A stretch of DNA of 64,000 bases from the human T2T-CHM13v2.0 reference genome, Homo sapiens: assembly GCF_009914755.1 (NCBI RefSeq), contig NC_060939.1. The stretch is one strand, 5' to 3'. Position 1 is the first letter of the stretch. Each line of letters starts with the position of its first letter. Under the pieces are notes generated by a model. It saw only the letters and a program-made list of their open reading frames with translations, was not told the DNA's origin and searched no databases. The position numbers and the translations under genes are program-made. This document shows, one piece after another, positions 14,631 to 28,049 of the stretch.

Positions 14631-15819
14631 GGTATTTACAGCCCTTCCCAAACTTATTTAGTGGAACACTTTTTCAAGAGCTTCTCACAGGACCATATCA
14701 GAACACTTGTAATTTACAGCATCTGTAGCTGTCAAAATAGCCTCTGACTTTAAGGAGAAAGTAAAAATGTTCATTACCAAATCCAGCAAGCACCAGGGTG
14801 GATGATTAAACTAGAATATTTCAGTCATCCCCAAAAAAATTTTTCCCACAACCTCTCATAATTATTCTAGGCTTTTCTCTCCTTCTCTTCCACCCCCACC
14901 GTAAGAGTGTTCCTCGGGAAAGGGATTTAAATTACACAGGGATGAAACTTCTGCAGCTATTAATATCTTACACGTCTCAGGTGTCTTTCCAGGCAAAGTG
15001 CTTTTCAGATTAGCAGTGGAGGCAGCTTTTCTCCTGAAGCACCTGGTGCAATGCTATGCACTACCAGGAGCCTGGGGAAAAAGGATTGATAGAGATCATC
15101 ATGCACAACTGCAGGTCACATGAAAAGGGATTGCTGGTGGCTGGTGGCAGCCTCAGCAGAGAGGCAGCTCTATCTGGGGGCAGCAGCCCTCCACAGGCAC
15201 AGGACACATGTGGCTTCAGGTGGAAATAAGAGATGAACCAAAAAGCCCTGCCCCATGGGATGGCATGATTCTGGGATTTGAAGAAGCAGTGAGCATCTCC
15301 TTGATGTAAAAGAAAACGGGCTAGTACATCCGTAGCTTGAACACTGAGGTTTGTGGGAAAGCACACAGGAGCACAACACATGCACACAGGGAGAGAAGTA
15401 CGCAGAGGCACACAGCTGGGCTTCCAAATGCACACATGACATACAGACTCACACATGCACAGCCCATGACGGCTAGTTTCCAAACTGTGGATTTCAGAAC
15501 ACAGCACCATCAGAGAGCCACTAAGATAACCCCACGAGTAATTTTAACGTTGCCTTCCTCATGCGTGAAAAAGCAACTGAGACCCATCTCAGGAGAGTCT
15601 GCTCAGCTGGGAGAGGCACAGGGAGCACTTGTGCCCACCTGTGTCAACTGACACCACATGAGGACAAATGGAGGCCATGGCAAGGTTTAGTACAAAAATG
15701 AAAAAACCTAGCGTGAGGAGAGACATGACCCCCGGCCTCCAAAATGTGGACAAGCCTGAACCAAGGGGTTGATGTGCTGGGATGTGCTCTAGGTATGATA
15801 CAATGATAGCTTGAGTTAT

Positions 15820-15990
15820 ATTCATAATAACTATCCTATATGGGCATTCTGTTATCCTTATTTACAGACAAGGAAGCAAGGCTTAAAGAACTGAAGTGAC
15901 TAGTCCAAGACACATAACCAGTAGTCGGCAGGGTGGAACCAAAACCCAGTTGTGCCCAGCATCAAATCCTGCTCACAATACCATACTGTT
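15820..15990 (-). mobile_element. MIR SINE
   Basis: tttacagacaaggaagcaaggcttaaaga...gtgactagtccaagacacata. Confidence 0.65.
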
Positions 15991-16369
15991 GGCTAAGTGG
16001 TTTCAGGCAGAACAATCAGGACCAGGGAATGGGTCCCCAAAAAGATGATTCTTGGGCCAGGATAGGACAACCTTTTTCACAATTAGAGCTGCCTGAAAGG
16101 AGACTGGACACTCTGGAAAGAGTGACTTTTGGTCACTAGAAAAACGATCTGAAATTGGATGGCCACCTATAAGGGATGGACAGGAGACTCACACCCACAA
16201 GGATCTGTTGTATCTTTTTCAATCCTAAGATTTTCTAACTTGGACTTGTTGAGAAACAAGAGAAGGTTTGTGCCTGGGAAGCCTGTTTTATCTTTTGTCT
16301 TAAGCCTGTTTCCAGGCATGTGAAATTCTACCACCAGAGATGTGCTCATTGAAATCAAGGCAATCACTG

Positions 16370-16530
16370 GGCAGAGGAATCTGAAGACCTGAGTTCTAAT
16401 TCTTCCTGTCTTCTGCACACAAACCAGCTGTGTTTCTTGGGCAATCCACTTGATCTCTCTATGCCTCAGTAATCTCGTCTGTAAAATGGGTGGATGAATA
16501 GGACCCCTAACGTGCCTTATACCCTATGAT
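16370..16530 (+). mobile_element. MIR SINE
   Basis: gacctgagttctaat...ttgggcaatccacttgatctctctatgcctcagt...ctgtaaaatggg. Confidence 0.7.
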
Positions 16531-16914
16531 GCTGCATTTCTAGACCTTTGTTACCAAGAAAATGCTCCTTTATGACTGTAGCTTCCTAGAATCATGGGCA
16601 CAGAAGATTTGCCAAGGAATTATCTACTGGGATGACTTGGCCACATATCTCTAGAGATACAGAGATCTAAGGGAACAAAACTATTCCCATACACTAGAGA
16701 GAGGTTCCTATTCAGAAGAGAAGTGTCCCCTGAAGCAAAGTAACTAAAATTAATTTGGGTTGGATCTCTCCAGAAGAAGAAAAAGAGCAGAATCCTAAAA
16801 CTCACAGAGAGCAAATACACTCCCAGAACCTTAGAGCATAACAGGGTTGGCTCTTGGAGAAGTTCCATGTGTTCAATGTTAGCTGGTAAATTTAAGGTGA
16901 AAAAGGAAAGTGGG

Positions 16915-17020
16915 GCACACCTGGTTCTATTTCTACCAATGCCACCAACTCACTAGGTCTCTTGGGGCAAGTATCTTAACCACTCAGGGCTTCAGTTTCC
17001 TCATCTGTAAAGCAACAAGA
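16915..17020 (+). mobile_element. MIR SINE
   Basis: ggggcaagtatcttaaccactcagggcttcagtttcctcatctgtaaa. Confidence 0.7.
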
Positions 17021-17940
17021 GTAGATGCAAGTGCCAAATTCACTTGTACATGTGAGCCCCGAGAGAAGCTGGCAGACCCCACACAAAGACCAAGAACCAG
17101 GATCTCCGAGGTTCTTGGACACAGTGGTCCAAGAACCCTAGGCCCTAGGACACAGTGGTTTCTAAAAGCTCCCGGTTGATTCCAATGCAGATTCCTGAGG
17201 ACACATATTTACTATCCATGGAACTATATGACCTTTAAGTGCTTCACATTTTAAATTCTACTAAGTTCCCAGTTCTGAGTCCCAGTCTCCTGACACTCAA
17301 GGCTCTTGGTGGCAGTGCAGTTCTGATGAGGAGCAACCAGGGCTCAGCCCCCAGCGATTCTTCATATTAAACAGACGCTACAATTCTTTTGATCCACACT
17401 CCATTATTCATAAAGGCATATCAATTACTGAAATATTATCTTGACCACTAACGGAAATGGAATATATAAGATCCACCTCCATGTTTAGCACCTCCCTTCA
17501 CTCTCCCTGCTGGAAGATTCCCTTTCCATTAGCAGTAGCTCAGATGTCCCAGACTTCACAGACCAGCCCCCCTCGGGCCTAGAGAAGAAAAAAATTAGGA
17601 CTGAAGAAGGATTTCTACTCTCAGGTTAAAGAAGAACAGATTCCTGATTTTGTTTTCTTTCTGCCTCCAGGGGACCTCTAGTTGAGAAGGAAGAGATCCC
17701 CAGTTGAGTGGGAAGAGACTTGTCATTGTCTGCATGTTTTTGAGGCTTATAGCTAAAGAGGCAATGGAGAAACCCCTACCTCAGTGACATATCAGGGACA
17801 TTAATTTCATATTGCTTAAAACTATGAAGATAATTTTGATGATGATGATATTAGCTAACATTGAATGTATGAAGCTATTACTATATGCAGAACACTTTGC
17901 ATTTATTTCCTTTATTCCTTATTTTTTTAAAATGGAGAGA

Positions 17941-18300
17941 GAGAATCACAAACTAAAATGGCCACAAAAGCCAGGTGAGCAGTGTAGATGAGCAGAAAGA
18001 GTTGGGTGTAAGACAATAAGGAGAAAAGGAGACTCTGGCAAAAAGGGGAACACAAGCTCTGGAAAAAGGTCCACTGCTTCTACGTTCCACCTAATGGTTG
18101 CCATGCAGAAATGCAAGCCAATTTTGACAGATCCTTCTATCTTTCAAGAGAAACTGGAAATGCAGAGATTTTTTTGTGTGAACCTTGTCAAGTTTTACTT
18201 GCTAGCAACCAATTCAAAAAGAATGATACGCTCTGCATAGGCCACAGGACACACCCCTATAGGGTGCACATGACCCTCCTGCTGCTGTTTTGCAACCTGT
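17941..18300 (+). mobile_element. MER102-like hAT-Charlie element
   Basis: gggtgtaagacaataaggag...ggttgccatgcagaaatgcaagcc...ttcaagagaaactggaaat...gttttgcaacctg. Confidence 0.75.
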
Positions 18301-18689
18301 CTATCTTCCAGGAGCCCTACAAGATGCTGCTTTGCAGATATGATGTTAAATGACCTGTGAAAGGATTTGCAGCTTGTAAGCACTGGAGCTGGAGTTGAAA
18401 CTCAAATCCAGACTTTTCTACTAGGACAGGTAGCCTCTACCCTTCTCTCCACTGCAGTGTTACAGGAGGCACCTCTGCTCCTGTTCTCAGAATCTCCTCA
18501 GATCCAGTGAGAAAAAAGCACACTACAGACTGCTTTTCCTTCCAAACAATATAGTGGATTCCTTTGTCCTCAGATCCACCAAACTTATCCAAGCCAAAAA
18601 ACATCATGGAGAAAGTAAAGTAGAATAAATCTTCTTCCAAATGATTAGATGTCGAGCTTGCCCCCAAATCTCTTTCAAATCTACAAAGC

Positions 18690-19050
18690 AAAAGCTCAGT
18701 GGCCATGTTGTCCATTTATTCTGTTCTCTGGCCTGTTTTGGCATGACCAGCCCCCTCTAGATCCCAGCAATCTAGGGATCTCCCTCACCCCTGTAGTCCA
18801 GGCTTCCAGGCCTCAGCTCCTAACCCAACTTGAGGGTCCAGTCTCTGTCTACTCCTTCAGCCTCCAACATCACCTCTCTTGTGAAAACTCTTTCCACCTT
18901 TGCCCGTTCTAATAGCCCTGCCATCTGCTTTTCTTTTCTTTCTCTAAAACACGGCTCCAGTCCAGGGTCCTGGCTTGGAACTTCGGGTCTTCTCTACAAT
19001 TTCTCATTCTGGGTGAATTCATTCTCAAGGCTCCAACCACCGCCTCTATA
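18690..19050 (+). mobile_element. L2 fragment
   Basis: ccagggtcctggcttgg...cttctctac...tgggtgaattcattctcaaggct. Confidence 0.5.
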
Positions 19051-19377
19051 ATGATTTAAGATATGAGTATCCTGGGGAAAGGAGAACAATTTATGTAAAA
19101 TAAATTGGTAGTTCTTTTTCCAAGCTTTTTAGTAATTTTTCCGGAAGAAAAGGAAAAGGATGGGAAGAATGAAACTATGCTTTTTTTTTGGCAAATGATG
19201 AATAACATGGTGAAGATATTTATATATTACTAACAGATTTTATTCCTAAAAGCAATGTAATAAACCTATTGAATAAGGAGAATTTTATTTTTAAAATATG
19301 CATTATATTTTTGTCCACTTAAGAGCCAATAACAGAACTTGCTAAATGTATTTTTACCTCTAGCACTGCTGGAATTT

Positions 19378-19408
19378 ACACACACACCCACACACACACA
19401 CACACACA
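19378..19408. repeat. Interrupted (CA)n microsatellite
   Basis: acacacacccacacacacacacacacaca. Confidence 0.9.
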
Positions 19409-20509
19409 AAATCAAAGTATTATCACACTAGAAGCAACCTGGGAAACAGCCGGGCTAATTGTACCACTCACAGACACATCTCCGTGTGCCTAACTCATTC
19501 ACCTGCCACCACATCATGCATTCACAGCAGTTACCTGGATCTGGCTTGCATTCTAATTCACTCCCTACATGAATGACTTCCCAAAATGCAAATTTTCAGT
19601 TCAGGGTTTTGCCGTCACACCACACTACCCATGAAGGGATAAAAAAAAATCCATCCTTTTGGACATGTTTTTCTTTTCGTTCCTTCCTGGTCCATGGGTT
19701 GTTGAGGGATATTTTCTTATCCAGTATTATCTTCAAATGGCTTGGAATGAACAAGCATGCCACACAGGCCATCATGACTGGATCCCACCCACACACCTTC
19801 CACCCCACTCATCCAGAGCTCCTGAGTGTCCCCAGAAAACACCTCCACACCTTTGTATCTGTTGTTCCCTCCACCAGGTCAGCCTCTCGCTTCTTGCTGT
19901 CTAGAATTCCTATTCATCACCAACAGAAAGCTCAGTCTCCAGCTTGCTTTAAGAAATCAAAATAGACAGGATTTAAGAAAGTTTATCTGGGAATGAATGA
20001 GAATGTGACTCTACTAGTAAGTCTGTAAGGACTTACAAAATATGCACATTTCCATATTAAACAGGAAGAGGTTAGATGTCTCAACTCAACACACTATGGG
20101 GCATTTGCTACCTTCCTATAATTTCAGAACATTTGGAAATCATAATTAAAATCTCAGTAATCTGATATTTTCTGGCAAAATCTTCTCCTTGACTTTGGCA
20201 ATGAGGTGAAGTTTGGGGTTGGGTCATGGTGAGTTGGGTCTATCCCTGAAAAGAAGCCGCAGCTGAAGATATACACATCCTGGCAGTGTATGCACGAGCA
20301 GGCCACTGAATTACGTCAGCACAATAGGACACCAGCTTCTACATGGGGAGACACTTCCCACCGCACATTACTCTATGGGAAAGTTGATTTATCAGTAATG
20401 TCAGGGAAAGTCTGCACAGCCAGATACTGCCCCTCCCTTCGCCTGCCACTGGGGTGACCCAGTAGTGCAGAAGTGAATTTCTTCTGTAGTATAACTAAGG
20501 CAGACTATG

Positions 20510-20740
20510 GTAATAGTGCTGACAGCCAGAAGTGAGCCATTTCTTCCTAAACACAGGCAGCTATTCCAAATCCCTTACGTACATTACCTCATTTAACACA
20601 CACGAAGACCCAGTGAGGCAGATCCTCCCATTAGTCCCACCTTATGACAGACACACAGAAACATGGGGAGAGAGCACAGCAGCAAGTCTAGGCTCCAATG
20701 TTCAAGCCAACAGAGCTCACCCACCCTGTACCCTACGGCC
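20510..20740 (-). mobile_element. MIR SINE
   Basis: acattacctcatttaacacacacgaagacccagtgaggcag. Confidence 0.55.
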
Positions 20741-21416
20741 TTGTGCAGCATGAAGGAGAGAGCATGCATTGTTCTTCACAGAATCCCACCTTCAGCTCTT
20801 TGGCTGCCATCCTGCCATCTCTACATCCTCCACGAACCTATAAGACAATGAGATCCTCGACGAACTGTGATATTTCAGTGCAGCCATTTTGACAGGGTGC
20901 TAGGAGTTGGTGGTTTTGACATAAGGGAAACGTATTAACACAACCTAAAACACAAACCTTCTCACTTCCTTCCTTATTATTCACAAATAAAATGCAGAGC
21001 TGGCAACATTCCCCCAGCCATGGCTCATTCTTGCGCCTTGCTTACATCCTCCTTCTCACTCAGGACACTCTGACCCCGAGCTTTGGCAAACTTGCCCATT
21101 TGGAGAGGCCCAGAAATAGCACGGAAATCACAGGCAGGGTGAGAATGAGGCTGAGAACCTCTTGTTTATATCACTGTCACAAAAAAGTATTTCTATATGT
21201 TCATACCAAAACAACCACAGCAGAATGAGCCATTTGCTGGTTTATTTGTGCTCCTAACACCCAATACAGAACCTAGAACTTAATGGATGCTCAATAAATG
21301 TTTACTAAATAAATAAATGTTTTATAATGCACTATTAGTAACTATATTGAAGCACTTCTCAGCTTCTTCAGATATTTTTGATCGGGGGAAAAAGGAAACT
21401 ACACCAATATCTTATA

Positions 21417-21605
21417 CTGTGCTTCTCATACTTTGATGTGCATCGGAATCACCCAGAGGGCTTATTGAAATGCAGACTGCTGAATCCCATGCCCAGAGTT
21501 TCGGATTCAGTGGGTCTGAAGTGAATCCTGAGAATTTGCATTTCTAACAAGTTTCCAGTTAATGCTGATGCTGCTGGTCTGCACACCACACTTGGATAAC
21601 CCCTG
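21417..21605 (+). mobile_element. MER5A hAT-Charlie element
   Basis: gcatcggaatcacc...cccagagtttcggattcagtgggtctg...agaatttgcatttctaacaagtttccag...gatgctgctggtc. Confidence 0.88.
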
Positions 21606-21634
21606 ACTTCGAAGAACAACGGTCTTCTGAAATT

Positions 21635-21893
21635 CCACTACCAGCAGCTGAAACCGTGCACTGGTAAAGACCCACTACCAGCAGCTGAAACCGTGCACTG
21701 GTAAAGACCCACTACCAGCAGCTGAAACCGTGCACTGGTAAAGCCCCACTACCAGCAGCTGAAACCGTGCACTGGTAAAGACCCACTACCAGCAGCTGAA
21801 ACCGTGCACTGGTAAAGACCCACTACCAGCAGCTGAAACCGTGCACTGGTAAAGACCCACTACCAGCAGGTGAAACCGTGCACTGGTAAAGAC
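21635..21893. repeat. 37-bp minisatellite/VNTR, exactly 7 copies
   Basis: Unit CCACTACCAGCAGCTGAAACCGTGCACTGGTAAAGAC with only 2 substitutions across the array (in copies 3 and 7). There are no spacers. Confidence 0.97.
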
Positions 21894-22359
21894 TGTTTAA
21901 AATCATACCCGCATCTTCCTCTAGGTCAGAGCGTAACCAGATAACAGAACTGTGGAAAAAAGGAACAGGGTTCCTTCTCTAACCCAGAGCTCTGTGCACA
22001 GTGGACCATCGCCAGTGTTGGTGGAAGAAATGCCTGAGGATAAGAAGCCATACACTTGGTGATGCTCTATCAACCAATTTTCCACAGAAACAATGAAATG
22101 CAAGAAGAGTCCCAGTGTGCTGTTTGTCAACTGTAAATCGTGTGAAGTTATTTAGAAGTTGAGGAATAGAAATGAATTCCCTTTATGATCTGACAGCATT
22201 AAGTAACATGAAAGCAGCCTGGGAATCAAACAGATGCCTAGCTTCAAGTTTCCTTCCTTTTCAATGCCAGTAGGAACTCAGACACCCTTCTAAGAGATCC
22301 TTCAAGTGCAGACAACATTTCAGATCATGTACAAAAAATCCTGTAGCAGGGCCTGACTT

Positions 22360-22598
22360 GGCCAGGCACTGTGGCTCATGCCTATAAATCTAGCACTTTG
22401 GGGGACTGAGGTAGGTGGATTGACTGAGCCCAGGTAGCAGGCATGGTGGTGCGCCTGTAGTCTCAGCTAGTTGGGAGGCTGAGGTGGGAGGACAGATTGA
22501 GCCCAGGAGATTGAGGCTGCAGTGAGCCAATATCACACCACTGCACTCCATCCAACTTAGGCGATACAGTGAGACCCTGTCTCAATTTTTTTAAAAAA
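22360..22598 (+). mobile_element. Old Alu (AluJ-like) with an internal deletion of the left-arm end and linker
   Basis: ggccaggcactgtggctcatgcc...gagcccagg joined directly to caggcatggtggtgcgcctgtagt...gtgagaccctgtctc. Confidence 0.85.
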
Positions 22599-24544
22599 AG
22601 ACTTAAGATAGTAACACTGTATCTCACTAGGAAGCCAGTGCAGCAAAGTGGCAGTGCCCCTTGAAAGTTTACTAAAATAACAAAATATCGCTCCAAAGGA
22701 AAACAGTGATATCTGAGGTTCTTAGAATTTGTAAAAGTGTTGGAACACGCTACTTGATAAGGATGCCTTCTGGGTTCAACTGCAGAATTCCCCAAAGACA
22801 CCAAAACCAATTTCTGTGGCAATTACTGCACCTGAGTCAGACAGTTCACTTTTGTCAGACATTCCTTATTAAATGGCCCAAACAAAAAACATCAACTTTG
22901 GGGAAAATGAAAAGATTGCATTTCCACTTACAGTTTCAGGAGTGAGAAACATGAGACAACAGCCATTGGTCCTAGACCTGTTCCTTCTTCCAAATCCTTA
23001 TGCAGTTTAATATCATTGAACTATGTGTTTGGCCCTCAGTTTCCTCATCTACTAAACGAAAAGATAAGTCTCACTGGATCTCTGAGATATTTTTCAGATT
23101 AAAAAAACTTCTATGTTCTACAAGGAAGTTAAGTGAATGAGAATTAAAGAGCAGGAAAGGAAAAACTTAGCTTTCAGCCAACTCCTATTGCTGGAATAAT
23201 TTTGGGTCCAAGATTTGAAGGCAAAAATATAAGCGAGGATCATATTGCAACTGCAACTAACTGGTGATAAAACCAAGACCAGCTAGGACTTGATCTTGGG
23301 CTGCCACTTTTCCACCTGCCAAAAAAACAGGCTCTCTCAGGTGCTCAAGGAATAAATGCTTCTTGGATGCTTCCCCGCCTACCTCTCCGGCAACACCGGA
23401 GCAGGTTCTTTGCAGGAACACGGTCTCTGATTCCTCTTCTCACCAGCTCCGAGATTTTCTTTTTTATTTTTCCAAAAGCAAAAGTCATTGGTCGATCTAT
23501 GTTTAGAAATATGCACAACAAATCAAGAAATAAATTCATATGTGAAAGGATAGAAATGTTAGTCTCCAAATCTAGGCAAACTTCCATTTTTATAAGCCTA
23601 TGAAGACAATATAAATAAATCAGAGGGAGTGGAGCCTGCTGGCAGCAACTGCTAGATCGCTCTCATTTTCTACATAACGTTCCCTGTGCTGAAAGGTATA
23701 TTCAGTGAGTGTTTCATTTCTCTTCTTTCTGGAACAGGGGTCTCTCTATGTCTGCCTGGAACTGTCCCTAAATTCAGAGAGAATAACTTGCTACTTTGTT
23801 TTACCTTTTTTATTACAGTGTTGATAGTTTCTTCACTCCTCTAGTCATCACCTACTTCTGAGAAACAGTGACAAGCGTGATAAACAAAGGCCTGGACTAT
23901 GTAAGTGCAAATTCTACGAATAAATTCGTAATTATTGTGTCAATAAGCTATGCTATTTAATACATCAACAAGACCTGCTCCCTCCACCCCGGGAGGGAGT
24001 CCTTCTCTGGTCACTCACCTCCAGCCCTGCCCCCACCAAACCCTGCCCCCTGTCTGCCTCCTGCTACTGCTACGGTGGCCTGGAAGGCCCTTCCTGTCCA
24101 TCTCTGCCAGTCCAAGTTTCCCCGCAGCGTCCTAGCTCAAACACTCTCCCCTCTGTGGAGCCTTTACCCAAGCCTCTGCTCCCCTAATTTAAACAAGCCA
24201 CTGCTCTCTAAGCACACTGGGCCCTTTAGTTGCAGGGTCTCTGTGGCAGGCATCTCATTATGCTCATATCTCCAGAACTGTTTCCTGGCCTGTCTCCCCA
24301 GCTGGAGTGTGGACTCCCTCATGCGGGGATGATGCCACTCTGTTCATCTCTCAGCCTCACTGCATTGACTCTGCAGCATAGTAGTTGCTCCAAGATTAGG
24401 AGCTCTGTGCAAAAATCATCTTTGTACTCAGTTTTTCTCCTGCACTATGTTTATTCTGGAGTTGGCACTGTAATGAAGAACGAAGGAATGCATCTTGATT
24501 GACTGATCGCCAGCTCTACAGCGGCTCCAATGTGAATATAGCCT

Positions 24545-24850
24545 GGCCACGTATTATGTAGCCATTAAAAATAGTGGCATTGTGAAATAAAGGTCTATGA
24601 TAGGCTACTAGATGACAAATTCAGATTATGAAACCGTATGCAGAATATGATCTCATTTGTGTGTGCTATACATGTCCATGTTGATGTGTACATGTCTGCG
24701 TATGTTATTAGCCTGTGCATATAAGGCAAAATGTCATGCATTCATCACTTGGGGTGGCATTAGGGATGATTCTTATTTTCTTCTTTTCACTTTTCTGGAT
24801 TTTCCTCAAAATATTTTCAGTGATTGTATATTACTTTGAAACCAGAAACA
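24545..24850 (+). mobile_element. Ancient L1ME-type 3' end
   Basis: tattatgtagccattaaaaat...ggggtggcattagggatgattcttattttcttcttt...gtatattacttt. Confidence 0.6.
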
Positions 24851-27079
24851 AATGTTAGGTGTTCTGTCTGTTTTCTAAAGAGACATAGAGAGGCTAACCA
24901 GAGCTGTGACCACCATCAAAGGATGAACTACTGAACACATAATCCCAGAGATGCATGGGAAGCCAATGAGGAAGCCCTGAGGATATGTAAGGAGAAGCCA
25001 TGGACAGTTTTGCTTAAACACCAGGAATTTAAATTTACATCATGAATTGTTCCTAAATGGCCCATCACCTTTTCTTATGAACTTTCTCCTGGACCGTAAG
25101 AGTTGCAGCTATTTGGATCACTTTGCTGAAAACAAGATGAAGGAATGGGCTAAGCTGTGTCAGAACTAAGCAGAATGCTATGGCAGGCTCTTCTCCAGCT
25201 GGGCACAGCAGGGCACACCCCCTCCCAGGGGCCTCTCATTCAATGCCTCTCACCATTTACATTCCAACACTGTAAGATGATGGATACTTTTAATACAAGA
25301 GACCTGTCATTTATTTATTAGCTGGGGACAGGCTTTGCAGCCGGGAAGGATGCATTATAAATCAACTCCTTTCTCAGCCATTAAAAATTAATACAGTTCA
25401 TAATGTAGAACGTCAGTAATTTCTTTATTAGAGGAGAGTGTCATTTTTTTTTCTTTTCTTCCAGGTTTTGTTTTTACTTCCTCCCTTCTCTGGGGATATT
25501 TTTTTTTCTTTCATAAAGACTGGCTGAGTATAAATTATCCCAGGGAAGGGGAATATACCCTTTCAGACAGAGGTTAAAATGGAAGAGACGAAGCTTAAAA
25601 AAAAAAAAAAAAAAAAAAAGCCCCTGACCAAATTCCCCATGGAAATATGGTCTAACTGCATCTTTCAAATTTGCCTCATTAAGCCTCACTTACAACATCC
25701 CTTGTTTCTTTCTGATCTACCTTGCACCAAAAATGGGAGGCATTTTAGGTTTCTGATAGACCAGAGGGAAAGAAATATAAGGTGAGTGATTTGGGGTGTG
25801 CTGGGAGGTCTCTGATTATTATTTTCTAATGATTGCTCCCTCACAGAGGGGCCTTCATTAGCTTTTCTATTGTCTCCAAGTTAACTTGGCATTCACCAAA
25901 AGAAGCATGGATGTTAGAAGCTCAGCCCAAGACCAGGAACCCTTCATACAGCTCCCCCTTTAGACCTAGGATACAAGGATGCAGAAGGAAAAGACGGCAC
26001 CAGAATATGCCAAAAGGCTGATTAGCTAAGCATCCATGAAGGCTTCCCCTTTGGTTCTTCCCCAGAGTGGCAGCTCCAGGAAAAGTGAAAGCTTGGAGTT
26101 AGAAAGAAGACAACTTCTGCTCTTAACTTCAGAGGAAATAAAAGGGAGAATCCAGAACCTGTGATGTCTCCATCTCACCTTAGCAATATTGAGGGGTTTG
26201 CAGTGGTTGGTTCAACCAAGCTGACCTTCTCAAGACCTGAACAAAGGAATATATGTGAAGGGAGGGGGGACCATCCCACCCCTAGCCACCCCACCCAGCA
26301 CATTTTCCTGACTTTGGGGAATAGGGGGAGAGGGGTCACCCAGAGATGAACATCACATCCCAGGCACAGGCTCCCTGTGTTGATGTCTCTGTCAAACCAG
26401 CCATGATTTAGTTAAAGCTCCTAAGTAACAAATCCCCACAAATCCCCAAGCACATATTTAAAATCTATTTTCAGAATTACACTGAGCATAATTCAACCAA
26501 TCAATGAGCCATTAGGAGTTTAATCCCAACACTTCTTCATTACCAGTGGCATGAGGGCTGCTCGACTCAGCAGAATCCAATGCGAAGAGTTGCTGTATCA
26601 CCAGCAATTCTAGGTCTGGGGACAGAAGCTTATACATTGCCTGCTGAGAGGCCCAGCCACAATCTGGGTGACAAATCAAGCTACAGAACCACCAGCGACA
26701 GGATAAAAGGAGACTCGGCCAAAAATAGGTCAACTTGGATCCAAGGACTTCTGCTCTTCTCCTTCAAGGGTAGCTCTTGCATCACCACCAATGCCCATCT
26801 CTAGCTGGACCCTGCTTCTGGGAGGCCTGCCTCATGGGGATCTGAAGCTCCAAAGAGCCTCCTGGGGTGGACACACGGAGGGGGATGACTACATAGGAGC
26901 TAAAGTGCTAGAGAGGAATTGCCTTCTGCTGCCTCACTGGTGAGCACCATGGGTCACCCAAACTGGTATCTGTCTGAAAGTCTCCAAGATCTCCCAAAAG
27001 GTGGGGGTGTGGGTGAATTGGAAGTCAGCTGACGGTGGGAGGGGGTATCCCAGGTTAGTAGAAGTGGCATGCTCCTAAA

Positions 27080-27530
27080 CTCTAGAGTTTGAATCCTGGC
27101 TCTACCTTTGACCAGTAAATGACCTTGGGCAAGTCCCTTAACTTCCTTGCTTCCCTAGGAAATGCCTAATCTGTAAAGTGGGGAACACTACACTTACATT
27201 AAAGCTTGATTTAATGTAGAAAGAATGACTTCATGAAAAGAAGAGGGGGTGGTGGGCTCTGTCATATCACAGTTTTGTCATTTTCTAGCTGCAAGACTTT
27301 AGCAAACATTTTAACCATTCCCTGTGCCTCAGTTTCCTCACCTACAAAATGGGGAAAGTAATAGAAGCTACCTCATAGGATTTTTATGAGGATTAAACAA
27401 TTTATTATTATATTTAAACTGATTTTGGTGCCTAAGATATAAAAAGCACTACGCAGTGTATGATTTTATTATTATTTGAATGTACTTCAAGTTCAGAGCC
27501 TGGCCCTTGGTAAGTATTCAGTAAATGTTA
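27080..27530 (+). mobile_element. Tandem MIR fragments
   Basis: tttgaatcctggctctacc...gaccttgggcaagtcccttaac; ctgtgcctcagtttcctcacctacaaaatgggg...tgaggattaaa. Confidence 0.75.
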
Positions 27531-28049
27531 ATGCATTTCTTTATTTTTTTACTACTCCCCCTTTTCCCCTCTCTTCACCACCTACCTGCTCCCACCTACT
27601 CTCCAAAAGCTATGCTCCCAAAGGATCACATAGCAGCTCTGAGGAATTCACACAGCTTGCTCAACCAAGATAGTTGGATCCAGCTAAAACCACAAGCAGA
27701 AATGTTTCATCACCCAGGCATACAAGTCTAGCCTTGAACATTAGCAGGACAGTTTACCAGACCAGAACAGTGATGATGACAACAACAAATTACTAGGTTG
27801 CTCTCCCTAAGAGGAGAGATACAAGGAGTAAAATGTACACGGTATCAATGTTCTCATCTTCATTCTACCCCCTGTACCCCAAGAGGCACCTGCTTACTCC
27901 TAGAGGAGCAGGATGACAGTATTTGCAAGGCTGAAAGCCTAGGTGAGCATTTGCTTTACTCCTGGAGGAGACCTGGGTGGCAGGTACTGTCATTTCTAAC
28001 AGCCACTTCCTGTTTCTTGCTAACAGAGCCCTGTGATTCTATGGAGACA

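Noticed and set aside
21635-21893. CRISPR array (37-bp repeats with an internal hairpin)
   Set aside because: Repeats are head-to-tail with no spacers, there are no cas genes, and the context is a primate intron, so this is a minisatellite.
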